In this document: piece by piece, positions 31,330 to 43,881 of the stretch
Position numbering within the stretch: the stretch's first letter is position 1
How the letters are laid out: each line of letters begins with the position of its first letter
Assembly: GCA_021741905.1 (NCBI GenBank)
Contig: JAIOWZ010000004.1
Coordinates: 258-64,257 of the forward strand
Reading direction: 5' to 3'
Origin: Candidatus Planktophila sp.
Lineage (GTDB): Bacteria > Actinomycetota > Actinomycetes > Nanopelagicales > Nanopelagicaceae
Length of the DNA: 64,000 nt
Notes under the pieces: generated by a model
Database searches by the model: none
The model's input: only the letters and a program-made list of their open reading frames with translations
Told to the model about the DNA's origin: nothing
Translations under genes and position numbers: made by a program

Positions 31330-32048
31330 AGAGAAGAAATTGCATACTCTAAAGTTGAACGATCTACTACGAGCATTTGATGATTATCTAGATGCTGCCA
31401 ATTAGAGTTACCCCAACCAGTTGATGCGATAATTACATCACTGCCTTCTTTTTTGAATCGAAGTTCGTAATGATCCTCTGAGCTCCATTCAGTCTTATTC
31501 TCTGGGTTAAACTCGCAAACAGCAATCAGAGTATCTGGAGTTTGAACCATGATGTTGAGCGAAGAGTAATCAGCAATGGCGCGAATTGAATTAACGGTTT
31601 TGCGCACGCCTTCGACTAAGCCAAATTCATCCACCATTGAAATTAATGCATAAAAGTAACGTTCGCTATCGGTTGTTCCGTGAATCAAACTCCTGTAATT
31701 ATCGGAAATAAATTGTTCGGCTGTGTTGCCAGGACGGATGGTCCCGTTGTGCATGAAGGTGATCGCACCGTGCGTAAAGGGATGGTTGTTATTGATGTCA
31801 ACGCTTATTCCCTTGGAAGCTTGGCGCAAATGAAGCAATGCGCCATTTGTTTCTAGAGTTTGGCTCGTTTGGCTTAAAAGAGCACTTTCCTTTGCGGGAT
31901 TGATGTCTTTAACGATTTCACCTTCGTAGCCGATTCCCCAGCCATCTTTGTGCACAGCAGATAATTCAACGAAGGCATCAAAATCAGATCCGACAACATC
32001 GTAAAAGCTCTTGCGTTCGGTAGAAGTAAATCCTAGAAGTCTGCACAT
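31326..32048 (-). CDS. Class II glutamine amidotransferase (EgtC/YafJ-like Ntn hydrolase)
   Basis: MCRLLG N-terminal nucleophile Cys, HKDGWG, HLRQAS, NNHPF, HNG, GTTDSE. Confidence 0.88.
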   Translation of the reverse strand: MCRLLGFTSTERKSFYDVVGSDFDAFVELSAVHKDGWGIGYEGEIVKDINPAKESALLSQTSQTLETNGALLHLRQASKGISVDINNNHPFTHGAITFMHNGTIRPGNTAEQFISDNYRSLIHGTTDSERYFYALISMVDEFGLVEGVRKTVNSIRAIADYSSLNIMVQTPDTLIAVCEFNPENKTEWSSEDHYELRFKKEGSDVIIASTGWGNSNWQHLDNHQMLVVDRSTLEYAISSL

Positions 32049-32069
32049 AGTCGCAACTCTACTTGAAGC

Positions 32070-32738
32070 CTAGAGATTCTTCTTGGCACGCTCTTGCGCT
32101 TGTGCCGCACGCCATTTAGCAATTTCTCCATGGTTGCCACTGAGCAAAATTGCCGGAACTTCTATATCTCGCCAATTCGAAGGTTTTGTAAAGTTTGGAT
32201 ACTCCAAATATCCCTCTTCATTGTGTGATTCCTCAGCCAATGATTCTGAATTTCCAAGGACTCCCGGAATCAAGCGGGTGATCGCTTCAATCATCACTAG
32301 GGATGCAACTTCACCGCCACCCAATACATAATCACCGATCGAAACTTCATGAACCCGAAAATTCTTTGATTCATAATATTGGCGGACTCGATCATCAATG
32401 CCTTCATAACGACCACACGCAAAAACTAAATGCTGTGATTGTGAAAAATGTGCAGCCATAGGCTGATCAAACCGCTTACCCGCAGGAGTCAAGATAATTA
32501 GATCTGTCTCAGGAGTCATTAGTGGATCTAAAGCATTGCCCCAGATCTCTGGCAACATCACCATGCCTGCGCCGCCACCATAAGGAGTGTCATCAACTGT
32601 GTTGTGATTATCCGTTGAAAAAGAACGTAGGTCATGAATACCTACCTCAATCAAGCCTTGTTCTTGTGCTTTGCCCAATAGTGAAAGCTGCAGTGGTGCA
32701 AAGTAGTCAGGGAAAATTGTTACCGCATCAATTTTCAT
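32070..32738 (-). CDS. trmD: tRNA (guanine37-N1)-methyltransferase
   Basis: VDDTPYGGGAGM, CGRYEGID, SIGDYVLGGGE, LLSGNH. Confidence 0.97.
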   Translation of the reverse strand: MKIDAVTIFPDYFAPLQLSLLGKAQEQGLIEVGIHDLRSFSTDNHNTVDDTPYGGGAGMVMLPEIWGNALDPLMTPETDLIILTPAGKRFDQPMAAHFSQSQHLVFACGRYEGIDDRVRQYYESKNFRVHEVSIGDYVLGGGEVASLVMIEAITRLIPGVLGNSESLAEESHNEEGYLEYPNFTKPSNWRDIEVPAILLSGNHGEIAKWRAAQAQERAKKNL

Positions 32739-33235
32739 GCCATCTCCCCCGTAATTGTTGGCGGAATAACCACCACCTTCTTGTTTGCAATATCTACAGT
32801 TGGGACTAATTGGTGGACAAAAGGAATCAACTGCTCGCCATTTACTGTCTTAATTGCTAGCAAATCCTGTCCTGGCAGATTAATTACATCTGTGATTTCA
32901 CCAAATTCTTCGCCAGATTCAAGGACAGCGGAACAACCAATTAGCTGCATCACGTGATACTCGTCTTCATCGTTGGTTTCATTGATATCTACATCGGCAT
33001 AGAGCAATGTGTCTCGAAGCTTTTCGATGCTGTTGCGATCAGAAATTCCTTCAAAACCCAATAATAAAATGCCGTTATGCACACGACCAGAGATGACTTT
33101 TAATTCACCGTTGGAATCTGTTTGTACTGTGGCACCAATGGCAAAGCGACGATCAGGTTCATCTGTACGAACCTCTATCGTCGCTTCACCAAGAATTCCG
33201 TGAGCGCGACCAATTCGCCCCACGAGCAAGCGCAT
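32735..33235 (-). CDS. rimM: Ribosome maturation factor RimM
   Basis: VGRIGRAHGILGE, LIPFV; operon context. Confidence 0.95.
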   Translation of the reverse strand: MRLLVGRIGRAHGILGEATIEVRTDEPDRRFAIGATVQTDSNGELKVISGRVHNGILLLGFEGISDRNSIEKLRDTLLYADVDINETNDEDEYHVMQLIGCSAVLESGEEFGEITDVINLPGQDLLAIKTVNGEQLIPFVHQLVPTVDIANKKVVVIPPTITGEMA

Positions 33236-33237
33236 TG

Positions 33238-33477
33238 TTATCGAGCTTCGTCGGTCTCGATGAGATCGACGCGTACTGTGCGTCCTGCGAGCGCACTTAC
33301 AACGGTACGAAGTGCCTTTGCGGTACGACCATTACGACCAATAACCTTGCCGATATCTTCAGGGTTAACGCGCACCTCTAAAGTTGTTCCGCGACGTCCA
33401 CTCTTTTCAGAGACCACAACATCATCAGGATTATCAACAATTCCCTTGACCAAATGCTCTAGGGCTTCATCCATCAT
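33238..33477 (-). CDS. khpA: KH-domain RNA-binding protein KhpA
   Basis: DIGKVIGRNGRTAKALR; between rpsP and rimM. Confidence 0.92.
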   Translation of the reverse strand: MMDEALEHLVKGIVDNPDDVVVSEKSGRRGTTLEVRVNPEDIGKVIGRNGRTAKALRTVVSALAGRTVRVDLIETDEAR

Positions 33478-33479
33478 GA

Positions 33480-34040
33480 TTACTCTGCAGCCGCATCCGC
33501 TGCTGGTGTTTCAACAACAGCTTCAGCTGGAGTTTCTACAACCGCTTCAACAGTCTCTTCTACAACCGCTTCAACTGCTGGAACTTCTTCAACTACTGGA
33601 GTTTCGACAACTGCTTCATCAACAACAGGGTTTGCCTTAGCTGCAAGCTTCTCCTGTGCCTTCTTCTTCAATGTTGTTGCACCTTCTGCAGGTTCGTTAG
33701 CAGCAGCCTTCATCGCTGCCTCGTATGCAACAACCTTTGATGGCTTTGGTGCTGCAACGCGAAGAGTTCCTTCAGTTCCTGGAAGACCCTTGAACTTCTG
33801 CCAATCACCAGTCACCTTTAGTAAAGCCTCTACAGCTTCAGATGGTTGTGCACCAACGCCGAGCCAGTACAGAGCACGCTCTGAGTTGATTTCGATCAGT
33901 GATGGCTCTTGTCCTGGAACGTAGCGACCAATCTCTTCAATTGATAGACCATTACGTGCCTTACGCGCATCTGTTACGACAACGCGGAAAAATGGTGTGC
34001 GAATTTTGCCCATGCGCATTAAACGAATTTTTGTAGCCAA
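33480..34040 (-). CDS. rpsP: 30S ribosomal protein S16 with long acidic C-terminal extension
   Basis: TTG 34040 after AGGAG RBS; [22 protein letters not shown]. Confidence 0.96.
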   Translation of the reverse strand: MATKIRLMRMGKIRTPFFRVVVTDARKARNGLSIEEIGRYVPGQEPSLIEINSERALYWLGVGAQPSEAVEALLKVTGDWQKFKGLPGTEGTLRVAAPKPSKVVAYEAAMKAAANEPAEGATTLKKKAQEKLAAKANPVVDEAVVETPVVEEVPAVEAVVEETVEAVVETPAEAVVETPAADAAAE

Positions 34041-34200
34041 GAAATTTGTACTCCTGTATTTGTGTGTCATGCGCATCAATCGCAGCGGGGTGCGCGACCA
34101 ATTCATATGACTATCGAATTGTGGATGTTGCTGGGGGTAGAGGGCCCCTTCAACAGGTTCCCAATTCTGCCATTCAAGGGGCCAGATGCGAAATCGAGGG

Positions 34201-35634
34201 TTATAGACCCTGTTCTAGCGCTCGCTTAGCTGGATTGCCTGATTTGGACTTCTTCTTGTTATTTGGTTTTGTCACCTTTGGCATCGCTGGCATTGCCATC
34301 CCTGGCGGCATCCCCGCTGGCATCCCACCATTTCGAACCTGCTTCATCATCTTTTGCGCCGCAGAGAACCTGTCCACCAGATTATTCACATCCGAAACCT
34401 TTCGGCCTGAGCCCATAGCAATTCGTGCACGACGGGAGCCATTGAGCAGCTTTGGTTCCCGGCGTTCTGCAGGTGTCATGGATTGAACAATTGCTTTTGT
34501 GCGAATGATCTCGCCCTCATCAAAGTTTTCAATCTGCTTTTTCATCTGGCCAGCACCCGGCAACATTCCAAGAATTTTGGACATGTTTCCCATTTTTGAC
34601 ATGGCCTGCAATTGTTCTAGAAAGTCTTCTAAAGTGAAATCTTCTCCACTTGCAAACTTTGCCTCTAACTTGGCAGATGTATCTGTATCAAAGGCTTTCT
34701 TGGCCTGCTCAGCCAATGTTGCAACATCGCCAAGTCCCAAGATTCGAGAAGCCATACGTTCTGGATAGAAAATATCAAACTCATGCAACTTCTCACCAGT
34801 TGATGCAAACATGATTGGACGCTTTGTCATGGATGCGATAGAAAGTGCTGCACCGCCTCGTGCATCACCATCAAGCTTTGTTAGCACTACTCCATCAAAA
34901 CCAACGCCATCTAAGAACGCCTGTGAAGTTCTAACGGCATCTTGGCCCATCATTGCATCGACAACAAATAAAATTTCATCAGGATTCACAGCATCACGAA
35001 TATCAGATGCCTGTTTCATTAATTCTTTATCAACGCCTAGCCGGCCTGCCGTATCAACAATGACCATGTTGTACTGCTTAGATTTTGCAAACTCAATACC
35101 AGCCTTTGCAACCTTGACAGGATCGCCTTGGCCATTACCGAGTTCAGGTGCAAAGACAGGGACATTTACGGATTCACCCACTACCTGCAACTGCGTCACG
35201 GCGTTTGGGCGTTGTAAATCTGATGCAATTAAAAGCGGGGTGTTTCCTTGATCGGCATAGAACTTGGCAAGCTTTCCGGCCAAAGTAGTTTTACCGGCCC
35301 CCTGTAAACCAGCAAGCATGATCACTGTTGGAGGATTCTTAGCAAAGCGAACTCTGCGTGCCTGTCCCCCAAGAATTGCAATCAGGCTCGCATTAACGAT
35401 TTCAAATATCGCATTTGCTTGGTTAGACCCTGACTGCAATGTTGGGAGTGCATCTAGAGATTTCTTGCGGATGTCTTCGATGAACTCCTCGACAACAGAT
35501 AAGGCCACATCAGATTCCAACAGCGCTTGGCGGATTTCTTCGCAGGTCGTTTCGATATCTGAGGATGAAATCTTTCCGCGTGAGCGAAGTGAGGAAAATG
35601 CTCCGCCAAAGCGGGATGTCAGTGACTCAAACAT
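34201..35634 (-). CDS. ffh: Signal recognition particle protein
   Basis: [24 protein letters not shown], Met-rich M domain. Confidence 0.97.
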   Translation of the reverse strand: MFESLTSRFGGAFSSLRSRGKISSSDIETTCEEIRQALLESDVALSVVEEFIEDIRKKSLDALPTLQSGSNQANAIFEIVNASLIAILGGQARRVRFAKNPPTVIMLAGLQGAGKTTLAGKLAKFYADQGNTPLLIASDLQRPNAVTQLQVVGESVNVPVFAPELGNGQGDPVKVAKAGIEFAKSKQYNMVIVDTAGRLGVDKELMKQASDIRDAVNPDEILFVVDAMMGQDAVRTSQAFLDGVGFDGVVLTKLDGDARGGAALSIASMTKRPIMFASTGEKLHEFDIFYPERMASRILGLGDVATLAEQAKKAFDTDTSAKLEAKFASGEDFTLEDFLEQLQAMSKMGNMSKILGMLPGAGQMKKQIENFDEGEIIRTKAIVQSMTPAERREPKLLNGSRRARIAMGSGRKVSDVNNLVDRFSAAQKMMKQVRNGGMPAGMPPGMAMPAMPKVTKPNNKKKSKSGNPAKRALEQGL

Positions 35635-35661
35635 AAGGACTGAAGAGTACTTCAACCCCTA

Positions 35662-37310
<1,649 letters not shown>

Positions 37311-37362
37311 AAAGGTTTAGAAAACTCTCGCCTTTGAGATGCCCAAACCTTCTAGCAGCACA

Positions 37363-37431
37363 GTTACGAAATATCGCTCATACGGTTTCAGGAGCGTGAC
37401 AAAAACCCCTCCTTTGTTAAATCTGAGTTAC
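37363..37431 (-). promoter_or_regulatory. GlnR-type binding sites upstream of amtB
   Basis: Minus strand GTCAC-N6-GAAAC (37400-37385) matches the actinobacterial GlnR consensus GTnAC-N6-GAAAC; extra GTAAC-N6-TTAAC (37431-37416) and in-phase GTAAC (37367-37363). Confidence 0.75.
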
Positions 37432-38264
37432 GACAACAACCCCTTGATATAGCTCTGAGCATCAAAGAGGGCAAAATCGGACTCAGATTCGCCCGTACCC
37501 ACCCATTTGATCGGGATTCCCAACTCTGCCTCGATTGCTAGGGCCACCCCACCCTTGGCACTTCCATCTAGCTTTGTTAGGACAATTCCTGTGACCTCAA
37601 CGCATTGGGTAAATATCTTTGCCTGTTGTAATCCATTTTGACCGGTTGTTGCATCGATAACTAAAAGAACTTCATTAATGGGTGAGACTTTTTCAACCAC
37701 TCGCTTAACCTTACTCAGCTCTGCCATTAAATCATTTTTGTTATGCAAGCGCCCCGCGGTATCAATAATAAAAATATCACTTGCAGATTCATGGGCGTTT
37801 TTTGCGCCGTCAAATGCAACGGAGGCGGGGTCGCCATTATCTTTCCCCGAAACAACTAATACCCCGATTTGGCTCCCCCAGGTTTTTAACTGATCAACGG
37901 CAGCGGCACGAAATGTGTCACCTGCAGCGAGCACAACACTTTTTCCACTTTTTTTATAATACGAGGCTAGCTTTGCAACAGATGTGGTTTTTCCTGTGCC
38001 ATTAACACCAACGACCATAATTGTGGTCGTTCCAGCAACCAACACAGGTTCGTGAGAATTTTTTGAAAGATTCGATGTCAATATCTCAATCAAGGCCAGC
38101 TCTGCGTTATCGCTCTTGACCTTCTTTGCAGCCTCTAGGAAATTATTCGTCAGAGTTGGGCCTAGATCAGATGCTAAAAGTTCTTGCTCGAGCTCTGCCC
38201 AATCGGCAGGTGAAAAATCATTTGTGCCCTTTATTTTGGCGATGAACTTACTAAAAAGACCCAT
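37428..38264 (-). CDS. ftsY: SRP receptor FtsY (compact NG domain only)
   Basis: GVNGTGKTT, DTFRAAA, DTAGR, TKLDGSAKGG. Confidence 0.95.
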   Translation of the reverse strand: MGLFSKFIAKIKGTNDFSPADWAELEQELLASDLGPTLTNNFLEAAKKVKSDNAELALIEILTSNLSKNSHEPVLVAGTTTIMVVGVNGTGKTTSVAKLASYYKKSGKSVVLAAGDTFRAAAVDQLKTWGSQIGVLVVSGKDNGDPASVAFDGAKNAHESASDIFIIDTAGRLHNKNDLMAELSKVKRVVEKVSPINEVLLVIDATTGQNGLQQAKIFTQCVEVTGIVLTKLDGSAKGGVALAIEAELGIPIKWVGTGESESDFALFDAQSYIKGLLS

Positions 38265-38275
38265 CGAACTAAACC

Positions 38276-41200
38276 TTAGCTAGCGTCAGATTCGCGCAGG
38301 CGCTGTGAAATAACTTCAGTAACACCATCACCACGCATTGTCACGCCATAGAGCGCATCTGCAATTTCCATAGTGCGCTTTTGGTGAGTAATGATGATCA
38401 GCTGTGAGCTAGCGCGAAGTTCTTCTAAAACAACAAGTAAGCGACCAAGGTTGACATCATCCAGGGCTGCTTCAACCTCATCTAGAACATAGAAAGGACT
38501 TGGACGAGCCTTAAAGATTGCAATCAACATAGCCACGGCCGTTAGTGACTTTTCTCCACCTGACAACAGTGAAAGACGCTTAATTCGCTTTCCTGGAGGG
38601 CGCGCTTCGACATCAACGCCGGTTGTTAATGGATTATCTGGATCGGTAAGGATCAAACGTCCATCTCCGCCTGGGAACAAGCGGGCAAAAATGTCCTCAA
38701 AGTGCTTAGCAGTTTCTGTGAACGCCTCCATGAAGATCGATTGAACTCGATCATCAACCTCTTTAATAATATCCAATAAATCCTTTTTAGTGTTTTTAAG
38801 ATCCTCAAGCTGCTCAGCCAAGAACTTCAAGCGCTCTTCCAGTGAGCTGAACTCTTCGAGTGCAAGTGGATTGATCTTGCCCAATAAATTCAGTGACCGT
38901 TCGGCCGAGGCAAGACGCTTCTCTTGCTGATCGCGACGGTATGGAACAAGTTCTGTTGCAATTATTTCGCCTTCATCTGTTTCGTGGAATGTAGGAACAT
39001 CTTTATCTGGTCCGTATTCATTGACCAAAGTGGTTGTATCGATTCCAAACTCTTCAACGGTCTTTGTTTCAAGTGTTTCAATGCGAAGTCTTTGTTCTGC
39101 TCGAGCAATCTCATCTTTGTGAACACTAGTTGTCAACTGTTCAAGTTCAGATGTTAATTGGCGTCCTCGCGTACGAACCGTCAATGTTTCGCCCTCGCGT
39201 GCTGAACGAGATTCCTCAAGGCGTCCACGATCTACTGCAGCTTTTGAAATTGAACGTTCGATATGAATCAGTGCTTCATATGCAGCCTCTGCCACTGCTT
39301 GTGAAATAACGGCAGCTCGTGCACGTGCACTTCGGCGAATAATTGCGCGCTCCGATGCATCACGCTCTGCTTGTGCAGATTGCTCCAATGCCAAAGCTCG
39401 CGCACCTACTGAATCAACGCGCTCTTCAATGGTTCGAACGGCCAAGCGCGCCTCAACCTCAGTTGTTCGAGCCACTGAAACTTGATTACGCAAATCTTCT
39501 GCATGCGAGTGATCAGGCTCTGCCACTTCACCGCGTTGTTGCAATTGATTTTGCGCGATGAGGATCTCGCCTTCATCGCGAGATTTTGCTGCAGATGCTT
39601 CATTAATTGAAATATTAAGACGCTCAACTTCTGCCATGGCAGATTTCATGTTTTGACCAGAAACGGCCAACTGCTCAGTCAGGGCTGCAATTCGTGCGTC
39701 TGATTCATTGAGCTTTGACAAAGCAACATCAAATTCGCTTTGGCGTGAAGCAAGTTCTGTTGTTCCGGTTGAGATTTCAAACTTTAAGCGATCACAGTTA
39801 TGTGTAACTTCCTGCAACTTGCTTTCAAGGCCTTCAATTAGGGCTTTAATTTCAATGAGCGAGGAAGAAGATTTTGAACCACCGCGTGCTCGACCACGAG
39901 AAATTACATCTCCATCTCGGGTAACAACTGTTACACCTGGATGAGATCTCAAAATCACTTCAGCTGCATTGGCATTTTCTGCAACGACAGTAGATGCAAG
40001 CAGCGAAGCCAATAGGTCGCTAATTGTGCTTGAACGAATATGGGCTGAAAGCGGGGTCAAGCCCACTGGAATATTTCCATTGCCAGTCTGGCCTGGTTCA
40101 AAAACCAAGACATCTGCTTGTCCTAGGTTTTCATTGCGCAAAGTTGTCAGTGCTGTCACAGCAGATGAAAGATCCTGCACAACAACGGCATCAGCCAAGG
40201 TTCCAAGTGCGGCCGCAGCTGCAGATTCCCAACCGTTATCAATTTCGATCAAGCCTGCAATGCTGCCCAGAATTGAAACACCACGTGAATCGCGCAGTAG
40301 CGCCGATGCGCCATCGCGATTTTGTGAGGTTAACTTCATGGCCTCAAGCTTTGCCTCTATCGCGTTTCGCTCACGATCTGCTGCACGCTCAGCATCTACT
40401 AATTCATTGACTGTAGCTTTAGCGGTTTCAAGTTGAGACTTAGCACCCTCAAACTGTGAATCAAGTCCAAGCTCGCCAGAGTCGGCACTAGCAATTTCTA
40501 ACTCATGTGAAGAATATTCACGTTGTGCATTATCGACGCGGGACTGGGCATCATCGCGAGATTTAGTAAGACGTTCGATCTCTCCTGCAATAGCTTCAAG
40601 TCGGGCCTGCAAAGACTTAATGTGGCCTTCTTGTCGCGCAGTTCCTTCGCGTGCATCGGCGATGGCTCGCATGGCAGCAGCGATTGTGTCTTCATCACTT
40701 TTCAACGCACTCTCTGCCGCTGCGAGAACCGATGTTGCCTGAACTAATGCTTGCTGGGCGGAAATAACACTTGCTCGAAGTTCGCTTTCTTCAAGACGCA
40801 GAGACGCAGCCTCTTTATCTAAACTTTCTGGATCGCGACCAGATGTGCGGGCTTCTTCTGCTTCTTCATTGAGAAAGCGAGAACGCTCTTGGGCCAGGCT
40901 TTGTGTTCCACGGAATTTTTCACGCAAAGAGTTCAGGCTGTAATAGGTTTCTTGGGCGGCAACCAAAAGAGGGCCCTCATGTGCAGCTTGTGCATCGAGT
41001 GCTTCTTCACGACGGCGAACTGAATCAACTTCAGCTTCAACTGCTGAACGCTTCTCGCGCAACGCAGTTTCATCAGCAACTTCTAGTTCAAGAGTTTTTG
41101 ACATAGAAATAAAGTCATCAGCTAACAATCGAAGTTTTGCATCACGCAAATCTGCTTGAATTGTTGCTGCTTTCTTGGCAACTTCTGCTTGCTTCCCAAG

Positions 41201-41812
41201 TGGACGTAGTTGACGGCGAAGTTCCACCGTTAGATCTTGAATACGTGCAAGATTTGCCTGCATCGAATCTAATTTGCGTAGTGCTTTTTCTTTTCGCTTG
41301 CGGTGCTTGAGTACGCCGGCAGCTTCTTCAATAAATCCCCGGCGCTCTTCTGGAGTAGCCATCAAAATTGCATCAAGTTGGCCTTGACCAACAATGACGT
41401 GCATCTCACGACCAATTCCTGAATCGCTCAAAAGCTCTTGAATATCTAGTAATCGAGATGCTTCACCGTTGATTTGATATTCACTTTGACCATTACGGAA
41501 AAGAATTCTAGAAATAGTCACTTCCGTGTAATCGATCGGTAGAGCGCCATCTGAGTTATCGATCGTTAATGAAACTTCAGCACGTCCAAGTGGAGCGCGC
41601 CCACTTGTTCCAGCAAAGATGACATCTTCCATTTTGCCGCCACGCAGTGATTTTGCGCCCTGTTCACCCATAACCCAGGTGAGGGCATCTACAACATTTG
41701 ATTTACCTGAACCATTCGGACCAACCACGCAGGTGATTCCGGGTTCGAGACGAAGAGTGGTCGCGGAAGCAAAGGACTTAAAGCCCTTGAGCGTCATACT
41801 CTTCAAATACAC
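38276..41812 (-). CDS. smc: Chromosome segregation protein SMC
   Basis: GPNGSGKSN Walker A, long coiled coils, LSGGEKS, LDEVEAALD. Confidence 0.97.
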   Translation of the reverse strand: MYLKSMTLKGFKSFASATTLRLEPGITCVVGPNGSGKSNVVDALTWVMGEQGAKSLRGGKMEDVIFAGTSGRAPLGRAEVSLTIDNSDGALPIDYTEVTISRILFRNGQSEYQINGEASRLLDIQELLSDSGIGREMHVIVGQGQLDAILMATPEERRGFIEEAAGVLKHRKRKEKALRKLDSMQANLARIQDLTVELRRQLRPLGKQAEVAKKAATIQADLRDAKLRLLADDFISMSKTLELEVADETALREKRSAVEAEVDSVRRREEALDAQAAHEGPLLVAAQETYYSLNSLREKFRGTQSLAQERSRFLNEEAEEARTSGRDPESLDKEAASLRLEESELRASVISAQQALVQATSVLAAAESALKSDEDTIAAAMRAIADAREGTARQEGHIKSLQARLEAIAGEIERLTKSRDDAQSRVDNAQREYSSHELEIASADSGELGLDSQFEGAKSQLETAKATVNELVDAERAADRERNAIEAKLEAMKLTSQNRDGASALLRDSRGVSILGSIAGLIEIDNGWESAAAAALGTLADAVVVQDLSSAVTALTTLRNENLGQADVLVFEPGQTGNGNIPVGLTPLSAHIRSSTISDLLASLLASTVVAENANAAEVILRSHPGVTVVTRDGDVISRGRARGGSKSSSSLIEIKALIEGLESKLQEVTHNCDRLKFEISTGTTELASRQSEFDVALSKLNESDARIAALTEQLAVSGQNMKSAMAEVERLNISINEASAAKSRDEGEILIAQNQLQQRGEVAEPDHSHAEDLRNQVSVARTTEVEARLAVRTIEERVDSVGARALALEQSAQAERDASERAIIRRSARARAAVISQAVAEAAYEALIHIERSISKAAVDRGRLEESRSAREGETLTVRTRGRQLTSELEQLTTSVHKDEIARAEQRLRIETLETKTVEEFGIDTTTLVNEYGPDKDVPTFHETDEGEIIATELVPYRRDQQEKRLASAERSLNLLGKINPLALEEFSSLEERLKFLAEQLEDLKNTKKDLLDIIKEVDDRVQSIFMEAFTETAKHFEDIFARLFPGGDGRLILTDPDNPLTTGVDVEARPPGKRIKRLSLLSGGEKSLTAVAMLIAIFKARPSPFYVLDEVEAALDDVNLGRLLVVLEELRASSQLIIITHQKRTMEIADALYGVTMRGDGVTEVISQRLRESDAS

Positions 41813-41852
41813 CCCGTAAACCTATCGTCTCTGGAGCGTGTTTTTAGTGAAT

Positions 41853-42530
41853 TTAGGCTTGCGGAAAGGTGGTTTTTAACGCTTCATAGGCTGCGCGTGC
41901 GGCTACTTGTTCAGCCTCTCGCTTGCTCTTTCCAGTGCCTTCGCTCAATGCTTGACCACTTAACATTGCAACAGCGGTGAAATTTTTGTCATGGTCTGGG
42001 CCATCTTCGCTGACAATATATTCAGGTGCACCTTTGCCAAGTGAAGCCGCTAATTCTTGTAACGCTGTTTTCCCATCAAGACCAGCACCTCGTGCAACAG
42101 CAGAATCCATTGTCGGTGTAATCAACTTACGAACTATTTCAGTGCATTGATCAAAACCAAATTGCATATAAATAGCGCCAATCAATGCTTCGAGAGCATC
42201 AGCAAGCAGTGAGTTTTTGTCGCGTCCATTCGTTACCTCTTCGCCTTTTCCAAGACGGATGTATTGCCCAAGTTGCAATCCGCGCGCGATATCTGCGAGC
42301 GCACGCATGTTGACAACGCCTGAACGCAATGGTGAGAGGCGACTTTCATCAAAATCAGGATAGCGTTTGTAGAGTTCTTCAGTAACAATTAAACCAAGAA
42401 CTGAATCACCAAGAAATTCAAGGCGCTCATTAGTTTCTTTACTTCCGGATTCATAGGCATATGAACGATGGGTAAAGGCTAATTCGAGCAAAGCTGGATC
42501 GAGTGTTACTCCCAGCTGCTCACTGAGCAT
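41853..42530 (-). CDS. rnc: Ribonuclease III
   Basis: NERLEFLGDSVL signature and C-terminal dsRBD. Confidence 0.97.
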   Translation of the reverse strand: MLSEQLGVTLDPALLELAFTHRSYAYESGSKETNERLEFLGDSVLGLIVTEELYKRYPDFDESRLSPLRSGVVNMRALADIARGLQLGQYIRLGKGEEVTNGRDKNSLLADALEALIGAIYMQFGFDQCTEIVRKLITPTMDSAVARGAGLDGKTALQELAASLGKGAPEYIVSEDGPDHDKNFTAVAMLSGQALSEGTGKSKREAEQVAARAAYEALKTTFPQA

Positions 42531-42540
42531 TGAACTCAGA

Positions 42541-42714
42541 TCAGACCTCTAATACCTGGCGACGGTTGTAAGTACCGCACGTTGGGCATGCTGTGTGCTG
42601 CAATTTAGGCTGCTGGCATTGCCCGCATGTTGATAGAGAGGCTGCAGTAGTTTTCCACTGGCTACGTCGTGAGCGCGTCTTTGAACGCGACATTTTTCGC
42701 TTTGGTACTGGCAC
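42541..42714 (-). CDS. rpmF: 50S ribosomal protein L32 (Zn-ribbon type)
   Basis: Not in ORF track. GTG 42714 to TGA 42541 gives MPVPKRKMSRSKTRSRRSQWK...CGQC...HTACPTCGTY. Confidence 0.95.
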   Translation of the reverse strand: MPVPKRKMSRSKTRSRRSQWKTTAASLSTCGQCQQPKLQHTACPTCGTYNRRQVLEV

Positions 42715-42781
42715 TGTTCGAACCTCTTCTCAATCCTTGAGCAGCCACTGGGCTGCAGAGGGTAAGTATCCCTTAAAAAGC

Positions 42782-43393
42782 CTAAATCTTGAAATCGGGG
42801 TCATCGGGGGTTAAGTCCCCAAGTTTTAGACCATCAAGACTGGCCCAGCGGGCATCAATAATTTCGTGGGCGTGGTCTTCCGGCAGTTCGGCCCACTTGC
42901 CGCCACATTCAGGGCATAGACCCAGACAATCTTCGCTGCATAGAGGGTTGCTGGGTAATGACAGGACAATCGCATCTCGTATGGGGGTCTCCAGATCAAG
43001 GATGTCCCCCTCCATCATGAACTCATCAGCCACATCTAAATCTTCACTGGTTAAGTCCTCCGTCGAACTCTTTCTCTTTTTCTTGCCCCGCTCATTTGTT
43101 GGTTCATAGTTATAGAGCTCTTGAATCTTGCGCTCAATCACAATTTCAACGGGATCTAAGCAACGAATGCACTCTCCCTGGGCAACGGCATAGACATCAG
43201 CGCTGAGCAATACACCCTCAGTAACAGATTCCAGGCGGGCATCAACTTCAATAACTTCTCCTGATGGGACTGAAATTAAGTCAACACCAAATTTTTCCTT
43301 AACAACAATATCTAATTCATACTCTTTCATCTCACCTGCACGACGAGGTAATTCGTAGGTATTGAGCTTGAAAGAATCTGGAGCTTTGCTCAT
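42782..43393 (-). CDS. YceD/DUF177 family protein
   Basis: CIRCL, PLCSEDCLGLCPECG, DARWASL; upstream of rpmF. Confidence 0.92.
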   Translation of the reverse strand: MSKAPDSFKLNTYELPRRAGEMKEYELDIVVKEKFGVDLISVPSGEVIEVDARLESVTEGVLLSADVYAVAQGECIRCLDPVEIVIERKIQELYNYEPTNERGKKKRKSSTEDLTSEDLDVADEFMMEGDILDLETPIRDAIVLSLPSNPLCSEDCLGLCPECGGKWAELPEDHAHEIIDARWASLDGLKLGDLTPDDPDFKI

Positions 43394-43399
43394 TAGCCT

Positions 43400-43879
43400 T
43401 TACTCGTCAGCTAGTTGCGACAAGACATCCTTGTCATTTGCGCCGGCTAGTCGATCACGCCCACGAGAAACCGCATCCATCGTCTTATTAAGAATGACCT
43501 CTAGGGTCGCAAGGCGTCCATCAATGTAGTCCTCAACCTCTTGTTTTTCTATCTCAGCGGTCTCGCGAGCATCATCTAAAATCTTACGAGCTTCGTCTCG
43601 CGCGATTTGAACGATTGATGTCTGTTCCACCATTTGAGCAACATCTTCACGAGCAATAGTGATCATCTGCTCTGCGCTAACGCGCGCTTCTTCGATAATG
43701 GCATCACGCGTTTCAATAATCTTTCGCGCAGACTCAAAATCTGTTGGAAGAGCTTCACGGGCATCATCTAGAATCTCGAGCATCTCGGCACGATGAACCA
43801 CGCAACTTGCAGACAAAGGAACTCCACGTGCTTCTTCAACTAAAGTGATTGCTGATGTTAACTTATCTACTGAATCCAT
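43400..43879 (-). CDS. Coiled-coil DivIVA-like (SepIVA-type) protein
   Basis: VEEARGVPLSASCVV, YIDGRLA, RGRDRL; conserved position between coaD and DUF177. Confidence 0.75.
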   Translation of the reverse strand: MDSVDKLTSAITLVEEARGVPLSASCVVHRAEMLEILDDAREALPTDFESARKIIETRDAIIEEARVSAEQMITIAREDVAQMVEQTSIVQIARDEARKILDDARETAEIEKQEVEDYIDGRLATLEVILNKTMDAVSRGRDRLAGANDKDVLSQLADE

Positions 43880-43881
43880 TT

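Noticed and set aside
33480-33640. Repetitive DNA in the rpsP tail (also the hup tail, 51600-51770)
   Set aside because: Explained by low-complexity protein tails (VVETP/EAVVE, PAAKK) common in actinobacterial S16 and HU.
35617-35638. Fourth TGTCAGTG occurrence
   Set aside because: Antisense within the ffh start region, with no TAnnnT at the N8 spacing and no gene downstream.
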